DNA of 64,000 nt from Spironucleus salmonicida (taxonomy: Eukaryota). Made by a program: the position numbers and the translations under genes. Positions 55,312 through 64,000 of the stretch are shown here, in pieces. The stretch's first letter is position 1; every line of letters starts with the position of its first letter. The notes beneath the pieces were generated by a model. That model did not search any database. It was given only the letters and a program-made list of their open reading frames with translations, and was not told the origin of the DNA. The stretch covers positions 558,001 through 622,000 of the forward strand of contig NC_090596.1 of assembly GCF_000497125.1 (NCBI RefSeq), in the 5' to 3' direction.

Positions 55312-56043
55312 TCAAAACACGATCTTGCTTTCTTTTCGGCTTGACCGTTTTTGATTCTTTTTTGGATCAAAAAGATGCCTTTCAATACCAGAAGTGATCA
55401 AAATTTCAGTACTAAGACCATAATGCTCAAAATAATCGTAAACTCCTTTTTGATTACTGTCAACAGTCTCAAATTCATATTGAAGCAATTAAAGCACAAT
55501 ATTCATTCTCCTCGCAATTATTGCGTAAAATAACGCACTACGCCCTTACATATCTTTAAATCCTGCTTCATACGGGATCAAAAACGAAATATCTGGATGG
55601 CCTAGATATGACGCCAGCATAAGTGCCGTCATACCACTACGGTCTTAACAACTAAAAGTAAGCTTCAATATATCAAAGTTTTGCTTATATTTCAAATGAA
55701 TACCTCCCGAAATTGCATAAAATAATATTGATTTTCCTGTACAGTCTCTTACTTTAGCTTGATCATAATATTTAGTCATTGAAAGAAGTTTAGGTGCCAA
55801 TAAAAAGACATTTATAAATTTAATAGGAACTCCATTATGTGTATGGTTGGAAAATCGTTGCAAACTCTCACGTTCTCCATTCATAAGTGCGATAAAAAAT
55901 GGATTACTTTCTTCAAAAACAGATGTCTAAGGTGTTAAATTTACTTATTTCCTGAAGCTGTGATAACTGATTGCTGATTTTCTGACTGAGCGCTAATATG
56001 GGTTCGTAGATTAGTTACCAATAGGTTAACGCTACATTTGCAT
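55312..56043 (-). CDS. Ankyrin-repeat protein (Protein 21.1-like repeats; 243 aa)
   Basis: DCTGKSILFYA, DRSGMTALMLA and DMQGRSALFYA repeats. Confidence 0.8.
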
Positions 56044-56068
56044 ATTGGAAAGATAAATATACTATTAA

Positions 56069-57227
56069 ATAAATGAAGTACGAGTCACTGGCGCTACGTG
56101 AAACCATCGGAGTCGCCATCCTTGGCCCATTGCCAGGTGGCTTTAAGACCATCGAGGAATTCCGTCTCAGCGCGCCACCCTACCGTCTCAAAGATTTTTT
56201 CCGGGCAAGAAAGGCTATATTTGATGTCGCCATCTCGCGGTTCCGCATGTACAATCTCGCTGCCCCCAAGGTCTGCGCAGATCTCCGCCAGGCGTTATAC
56301 TGCGGTGGAGCGTCCGGTTCCTATATTGAAAACACCAGATGCGCCACCATCGAGAAGAGCGAACGCACCACACACGAGATCTTTGACATATACAAAATCT
56401 CGGGTTTATTCTCCATCGCCAAAGATAGTGATGGGGATCCCACGGAGAGCGCGGTCGATGAAGATGGACATGACGCCAGTATATGGCGAGCTAGGGTCCT
56501 GGCGGGGACCGAAGACATTGAAAAAGCGACAGAAGATGAACCTGGTGGCTGAAGTGTCACCTGCCGGGATGCCTTCCATATCGTACTTGGCTTGCGCGTA
56601 TGGTGATATTCCCCCATAACGGTATGCCTCAGTGATCGCATCAGTACCACAGTCTCCATACACCGCGGCAGAGCTAGCAGAGAGTACTGCACGCGCACCA
56701 GTACGGACAGCATAGGCGAAAACGTTGCGCGAGCCTTCGACGATGGAACGCTAGTACTTGGCTGGATTAGTCATTGATTCTGCAACAGAGATTGCTGCAG
56801 CCAGATGCACCACAAAATCGAAGGTAGATAGAGTATCAAAGGCCGAAGTATCAGTAACGTCGCCCACAACATATGTCGCGTCAGCGTGGAGGTTCCGGCC
56901 TGTGGCAAAGTTGTCCAACACAGTAACTTTGTAACCTTTAGAAGCAAAGAAGGACACAAAGTGAGAGCCGATGAATCCGGCACCGCCGGTAATAAGGACG
57001 CTCATTTTTGGAGGGGAGATTTAGTGTAGAGTGACGTAGATTCACAAAGTAAAGTGGTCAAAACTCACACTCAGCCCTCATCGCTGAAAAAGTTACCCTC
57101 ATCGCTAGCTTCTGGGCATTGCTCCACCGCGTCTATTTCACCGCGAAATCCCCCCTCCTTCTCCTCAGCAGTTCCAGCCCCAATCTCAGTGATAAACTGC
57201 ATCTTGCCTTCCTCTAGGATGCGTTTT
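56069..57227. repeat. 1159 bp direct repeat, copy A (of 60537-61695)
   Basis: One difference noticed (56096 A vs 60564 G). Confidence 0.95.
56085..57005 (-). CDS. NAD-dependent UDP-glucose/UDP-GlcNAc 4-epimerase (extended SDR), copy A (306 aa)
   Basis: TGGAGFIG, HLAA, SSAAVYG, YAQAK, RFFNVFGPRQDP, GDGEQTRDFVYV; ends CAG TGA. Confidence 0.92.
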
Positions 57228-57884
57228 CACAATTACGAATAAGGATATATAAGTGTTGTACCTCTTTATTCTCATTTGATAATTTTACGAGTTCTTTAGA
57301 TTCGTATTTCCTACTGTCTTGTAATTAACTGATTTTTCTATAATAAATAAGAATTCAATTTTTAAATTCTATCGTCAAATGTGATTACTTTCGCTTCCAT
57401 ATTTACACATTTTTCAAATAAAACTAAAATTTATTTTTTATTATCTCTAAGGCCTTATTAAAGCTAAACGATTCTTAATTTTTATACGAAATCTTAATCA
57501 TCTGCTCGAAGATTAACTTTTTCAAGAATATTCACATCTGATGAAGATTCTTCTATTAAAACTGAGCTATTATCTTATAGTAAATTTATTTACGAAATAG
57601 AAATGAAATCTGGTTTTTATAATCCCACAGTTAAACCCTTTGGTGTGTTAATTTATGCAGAATTAAGGGAACGATAAATATCTCCATGTGAATAAAAAGA
57701 TGCCTATCGTGAACTAAGTAGTGCTTATGGAGTCATAAGATTTAAAGATGTCATACTATTATTTCCCAATGATGGTAGCTTTAATTAACATTATGACTTA
57801 TGTTAGAATCTTAATGCCAAAGTACTAAGTTAGCTCATTTTGTAGAAAAATGAAATATAAATATTTTTAGTTAAAATGTTATGA
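57228..57884 (+). pseudogene. Possible 3' gene remnant abutting the repeat junction
   Basis: One frame runs from the junction to TGA 57882-57884 with a single internal TGA at 57330; no start codon. Confidence 0.3.
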
Positions 57885-58051
57885 ATATTATTTCTCTTTA
57901 AAAATGTTCTCAATTCACAACTCATAATAATAACTGTATATAGAACCTATTGATTTCGTTATTGCAAATATAATTATCCATAAAATACTATAATATTATT
58001 TTTATATGTAATGTAATAATTATTATATATAATTATTAATAACTCTAAATA

Positions 58052-60106
58052 ATGTCTCAAAAGTAACAACGAGCATATCTCAACAATTAGCCTATAGTCT
58101 TCACTCAAACAACATTTAATGTATCATAATAAATACCCACTCACACAACTCCGCTTTTAATTGCATAAAATGAAACACCATTTAATTATAATTAATACCT
58201 CCCCTCTTGGCCGACTGATTATTGCATTTTTGCAGACCAGGAAACGAATATAGCAGATGATGAACTTATAAATTAACTAACAGAATCTACTCAATCTCTT
58301 TAAAATATTCCTTATTCTCAAAACCTAAAAGACATACTGTCTAATTCCTAAATTAACTATGGAACCATTCAGAGAGCATGTAGATCAACTTTTTTAGATG
58401 CTTAAACAATCACAGATATTGTAAATACTGAGTGTGTTCCAGTACAATTTGAATCTATGGCAGAGTTTGCTTTTAAGGGAAACAAACATATTTAACGTAT
58501 CAATTCCGTTCCCGTATAATCTTATTTGAATTATCTTCATGATATGTGTCCTGTTTGCTTAAAATATTGCTGTAAAGTACACGAATACAGTGAAAAACAA
58601 ATTTTTCATCCTGATGCTATATAGCAATTTAGAGATTCAAAAGACTACCCTAAAATCATAAGAACACCAGTATACTTGAACGAGATTAACAATTTTACGC
58701 TTGATTTATATACTAAAAGTGGAAGAAAAGAACATGGTCGGCGTGTGTAGCATTTTTTGAGTGCCCGACGTGTATAAATTCAAAATTTTAATGATCTATA
58801 GTAAATTTATCGTAAAATTTACATAAAACCAAAATATAATAACAACATTAATTTTAAAAAAATGACTAGAAAATAGCTTGGTGATTATCTGAAAGTTTAA
58901 ATTTTATAGTCATCAAAATTGACAAAAAGTCAAATTAACCTTATTGTGATTTTGGCACGTATTTCTGATGGCAATGTTCCCCTTTTATGTTCAATTTTCG
59001 ATGTATGTTTTGATGAAATACTTCTTCAGTTATATATACAAGATGTGATTTAGTGCATAGATTCCCCACCTTAGTTAATTCTCCATTAGAAAATGGAAAT
59101 AAATATGTGGACTGATCCGTTAAATGGATTTATGAAGTTGAGTTTTAATTAAATATAATCTAAAACACACTAAATAAAGTCTGATTTTGGAAAAATTGCA
59201 AGAAAATTGATTTAGGAGCCTAATTTCGAGAATAAAACTCATTCCATGTATCCCTATAAGGCATATTGTTAATTTACCCCTTTACTTTTTTTAACCTAAT
59301 ACGTAAGCAAATAAGGGACTATTCTAAGTAAATTTGCATCGATATCAAGAGCTTAAAGCTCAAATCCTTATTCTGAATCAGTTCCTCATTAAACTTTTGG
59401 TTAACCATGTTATCATCCAGGTCTGTACTGTTCTTAAATATGGTGCCCGTGTGCATAAGCTGGTATTTCTTGTTCTTATGCATGTGGCTGCTATGGTTAA
59501 CCTTGTCATATGTTTTGGCCTGGTTGTATTGATGTAGGAGAATTTACAGAAAGTGCTTGTTATTTTTAAGGTTTATGTTGTCAACCTGATTATTGTATAT
59601 CCTATAGAAAATAAGGAAAACTGATTTCAGACAAAAAAATGAAGTTACCCCCAACAAGTTTATTGAGCTTAAGAATTTCCTTCCCATTGAGAGTTGGTCT
59701 TATTAATAGTCCAATTCATGGGTTTGGTGTAGCAGTAGTTAAATCGAGCAAACTTTGTGTTGGAATGCCGTTTCTTGAATATGTCGGTGAAATTGTAAGT
59801 GTTGAAGAAGCGGAAACTAGAGGTAGAATTTCTGACGCATATGGACTAACATATTTATTTACCCTGAAAAATAAAGATGAAATTCCAGCTCCAGAATTAG
59901 ATGCTGGGCTGAGGGGTAGTATTTCAAGATACATGAATCATTTAGAGAAAGCAAATGTAAGAACTAGATTATTTAGATTTGGATCTGAAAATATTGTTGT
60001 AATGATGGCTAATGAAAAATTTCTCAAAGGGGAACTTTATTTTAACTATGGAAAATAGTTTAAAAGTGCAGTTGCTTAAGTTGTACTTAAAAAAGTGGTA
60101 TAGTGA
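58052..60106 (+). CDS. Enhancer of zeste (EZH)-like SET-domain histone methyltransferase (684 aa)
   Basis: MCPVCLKYCCKVH (MCSS-like), CXC pre-SET PCYHPG..CPC..CGC..WPGC..CQPDYC, SET HGFGV..EYVGEIVSVEEAETRG..YLFTL..RYMNH..ELYFNY. Confidence 0.85.
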
Positions 60107-60536
60107 AGAGTCTCATCTACTAAGACGTTTTATTATCATCTATAATTTTCTTTTTATTCTTTTACAATGAAATACTAGGAAAATGGAAGTCAATATGTTA
60201 AAATTATACGTAATTATTTGAATATATTTCTGACTTTTTTAATTTTTTAATAGATTAGTACTCTGAATTACTAAAGTTTAACAAAATTATGCTTTATCTT
60301 GAATATTTAAACTAAACAAAAATATACAGTTGATAAAATATTTAACTTTTGTGGAAATATTTAATAATCTTGTTTGATTGGATACAAAAAGACTTTGTAT
60401 TTTAATCACATAAAATATTAATGTTATAAGTAATAACTTACTTGTGTGCACCTTTTTGATATATCTATCAGCTTATTATCAGTTGAGGTTAAAATTTAAC
60501 TTATTCACCAGTTTAAGAATACATTATAACTAGTAG

Positions 60537-61695
60537 ATAAATGAAGTACGAGTCACTGGCGCTGCGTGAAACCATCGGAGTCGCCATCCTTGGCCCATTG
60601 CCAGGTGGCTTTAAGACCATCGAGGAATTCCGTCTCAGCGCGCCACCCTACCGTCTCAAAGATTTTTTCCGGGCAAGAAAGGCTATATTTGATGTCGCCA
60701 TCTCGCGGTTCCGCATGTACAATCTCGCTGCCCCCAAGGTCTGCGCAGATCTCCGCCAGGCGTTATACTGCGGTGGAGCGTCCGGTTCCTATATTGAAAA
60801 CACCAGATGCGCCACCATCGAGAAGAGCGAACGCACCACACACGAGATCTTTGACATATACAAAATCTCGGGTTTATTCTCCATCGCCAAAGATAGTGAT
60901 GGGGATCCCACGGAGAGCGCGGTCGATGAAGATGGACATGACGCCAGTATATGGCGAGCTAGGGTCCTGGCGGGGACCGAAGACATTGAAAAAGCGACAG
61001 AAGATGAACCTGGTGGCTGAAGTGTCACCTGCCGGGATGCCTTCCATATCGTACTTGGCTTGCGCGTATGGTGATATTCCCCCATAACGGTATGCCTCAG
61101 TGATCGCATCAGTACCACAGTCTCCATACACCGCGGCAGAGCTAGCAGAGAGTACTGCACGCGCACCAGTACGGACAGCATAGGCGAAAACGTTGCGCGA
61201 GCCTTCGACGATGGAACGCTAGTACTTGGCTGGATTAGTCATTGATTCTGCAACAGAGATTGCTGCAGCCAGATGCACCACAAAATCGAAGGTAGATAGA
61301 GTATCAAAGGCCGAAGTATCAGTAACGTCGCCCACAACATATGTCGCGTCAGCGTGGAGGTTCCGGCCTGTGGCAAAGTTGTCCAACACAGTAACTTTGT
61401 AACCTTTAGAAGCAAAGAAGGACACAAAGTGAGAGCCGATGAATCCGGCACCGCCGGTAATAAGGACGCTCATTTTTGGAGGGGAGATTTAGTGTAGAGT
61501 GACGTAGATTCACAAAGTAAAGTGGTCAAAACTCACACTCAGCCCTCATCGCTGAAAAAGTTACCCTCATCGCTAGCTTCTGGGCATTGCTCCACCGCGT
61601 CTATTTCACCGCGAAATCCCCCCTCCTTCTCCTCAGCAGTTCCAGCCCCAATCTCAGTGATAAACTGCATCTTGCCTTCCTCTAGGATGCGTTTT
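60537..61695. repeat. 1159 bp direct repeat, copy B (likely source locus)
   Basis: Its right part is the in-frame 3' end of the intact gene 61539-62441. Confidence 0.95.
60553..61473 (-). CDS. NAD-dependent UDP-glucose/UDP-GlcNAc 4-epimerase, copy B (306 aa)
   Basis: Same protein as copy A. Confidence 0.92.
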
Positions 61696-62441
61696 TATCT
61701 ATTTTCCATTTCTTTCTATAATTTTATTCCTTTAATAATTCCTGCATTACTAACTGCTTCATATAAGCTTTCTTTCTCATGAAATACTTTTGGTAATTGC
61801 CTCATTAACTGTATATCTACCTTTACATTAACAACTTTTTAGTTTTTAGAAACACCGTTATAGGAATCATTAAAATATTTTGAATTTTAGTTCATTTTAT
61901 AGCTACCGGCAAGAAGTTGCATATCTGATAGGCACATACCATGCTGCTTAAATTCACGTCCTGCTGCCGTATCGTCAACATAGAAAAAAGGACATCGCTT
62001 AAGTGACTATTTTTACTACTCAGCATATATTTATCGAGCTGGAAGTTATACACGTGCTCTGTCTTTCATAATTTTTTTATATTATGATGCTATTTTTTAA
62101 TCTATTTATAATAATCTGTTAATTTCTGTGGCATTTTAAAGCTCTGGATTAAGATCTCTAACTGTTTCAAGAGTTTTAAGTGAGTCTAATAATTTAGGCT
62201 GTGCCACTGGCTCAAAAACAGTATCTGCCGTATTATCAGGTACGTAAACTTAGTTTTTATAATATTTAACAGCTAATGTTTCAGTAACTATATATGGGCG
62301 CCTTGGAACTGGTTTTTAATTAGGTTTAACAGAGTTTTACCGAGAAAATGAGTAGTTAGATTTTGCAGATGATGGTGGCTATATAATAGTCCCGGAAACA
62401 GTAAGTGATGGAGGTTCATTTGTTTATTTAAGCACTGACAT
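61539..62441 (-). CDS. Hypothetical protein (300 aa)
   Basis: ATG after a C-containing leader (TTCCGCAAA); open to TGA at 61539-61541. Confidence 0.7.
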
Positions 62442-62715
62442 TTTGCGGAATATAGTAATATGTTTTGATATAAAAATATATTTAACAAATTTTTACGATT
62501 AATATTATCTGCTTAATAATTTTAACATCATATTTATGCAAAATCTTATTGCTAATGTCTTTATACAGAGTATTATGACATTACTGTATGTATTATGATA
62601 TCGTGTACCATATAATATTACAAATTTCAATAGTACTAATAAAGCATGTAATTTTAGCTTTTGAAACACCAAACTGTCAATTAATATTAATTTATACGTA
62701 AAATAAACAAGTTAC

Positions 62716-63318
62716 TCATTTACCTGGATTTTCTTCTAATTTAAACTCTTTCTTATTTAGTCTCTCCCAATCCTTAACTATAGCCAAATAACTAAATTAT
62801 CTTTCTTATAATTAATATTTTTCACCCTACAAAGACTATTATATATCATCAGCAGTTTATTCGGTCCATGATGATTTAATTTTTTCTTTCTTTTTCATTT
62901 CAACACCTGAAATCGCATACTTAAATGAAAGATTACCAGATTTTGTTAATATATCTATAGGTAATTGCTACGATTTGATAGGCTAAGGACTTTCAACAGA
63001 ATATAATTTTTTAGGTCTCGCTAAAAAAACCGGTAGAATACTTTAATTTTACGTTTTTACCAAATTAACAGGAATTGAATGAATAAAAATTTAGCTATCC
63101 TCTTTTAGTTTTGAATTAATACGCTTACTGGACTTAAAATACGCAGTCGGTTTCACTAACTAACTGAATGATATTTACGACCTACTCAACTCATTACACT
63201 TAACCGCAGCGGAATACTTAGCAGTAGGGGTGAACGAACTTCTAATCCATTCAGAGTTGTTATCTGGTATAAGCCGTTTTGGAAACAGCTCTGCTAACAG
63301 TATCTCATTTCGCTGCAT
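62716..63318 (-). CDS. Hypothetical protein (200 aa)
   Basis: ATG..TGA ORF in code 6. Confidence 0.55.
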
Positions 63319-63440
63319 TTCCAGCAGAAAAATAAAATTGATTATGCTTTTTACTACATATAGTATAAATTTTAAAATATTTTTATGTACAACAAATTTT
63401 ATCTATAATCAACTTTCAATCACAAAAACGATCGCAAATC

Positions 63441-64000
63441 TCACTTTTTAATACTAACGCCCTTGATCCTCTGCGCAAATTTAAGCGTGTTCATGCTCTC
63501 GTTGTAACAGTCCGATTCCTCGTTCAGGCAGACGATCATGACAGCCTTGGAATCGCCCTAAAAGTACTCCTGCAAAACGGTCGTGAGCTTCGAATCCCTA
63601 AAGTTGATGTGAGGACTCTTGCTGCTCAGGGCGACGAAAACGTTGCTGAGGCTCGAGAGGCTCATGTTGATAAAAATAGATTCCTGTTTGCGCTGTGCGT
63701 CCAAATTCGTGTTTTGGACCTGCTCAGAACCGGCCAAATCGACCAAAGTGAGACTTCCCTTGACCGGTTTTTCGTTGATGATTTGGGCTACGTGGACCGT
63801 AAAAATCGCATGCGAGCGCGACGAAACGTCGTTCAGAATCGTACTGGAAGTCCTCCGTTTCGACATTGTAACTTGGACCAAATCGAGCAGTTCTGAGCTC
63901 TCTTTGATCTCGATTTCCGATAGCCCAATGATCGAAACCTAGTCCTTTATCGTCTGTACTTTGCACTCTTTGGGCTGATTTTCGATTTGCGAGCTTTTGA
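63441..64000 (-). CDS. Kinesin with C-terminal motor domain (kinesin-14-like), 3' part
   Basis: NDVSSRSHAIF, LVDLAGSE, INMSLSSL, HINFRDSKLT, ESMNTLKFAQR, then stop AAG TGA. Confidence 0.92.

Noticed and set aside
56073-56713. Track ORFs of 159, 173 and 130 aa overlapping the epimerase (and copies at 60541-61181)
   Set aside because: Antisense or off-frame shadows of a gene with clear SDR motifs.
56069-61695. Composite transposon, LTR element or retrocopy
   Set aside because: The repeats encode an epimerase, not a transposase; no TIR, TSD, PBS, RT or poly(A) tail was seen, and the copy includes upstream genomic sequence.

Overview
Gene-dense, AT-rich eukaryotic DNA, inferred to come from a hexamitid diplomonad (Spironucleus-like). 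It uses genetic code 6 (TAA/TAG = Gln, TGA the only stop), so the supplied ORF track fragments or misses most genes. I re-translated by hand with code 6, and no introns were needed. Housekeeping genes include SSNA1/DIP13, Rrp4, EBP2, UDP-glucose pyrophosphorylase, a UBC12-like E2, a DIS3-family RNase, PP2C, DNA polymerase delta, a UCH deubiquitinase, CFAP298, histone H3, a C-terminal-motor kinesin and tRNA-Leu(UAG). Four features stand out. (1) Two paralogous giant cysteine-rich surface proteins are fused to an SLC35F/DMT-like multipass domain; one is intact (2672 aa), one is disrupted, and they share an ~820 bp near-identical conversion tract. (2) Several recent 1.2-1.8 kb segmental duplications have edges that coincide with sharp AT-to-GC steps inside ORFs. 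(3) An Enhancer-of-zeste-like gene is bracketed by direct repeats of a prokaryote-like UDP-sugar 4-epimerase. (4) There is an unrecognised two-TM protein family. All family calls come from motif recognition by eye and GC values are visual estimates; no database search was run.
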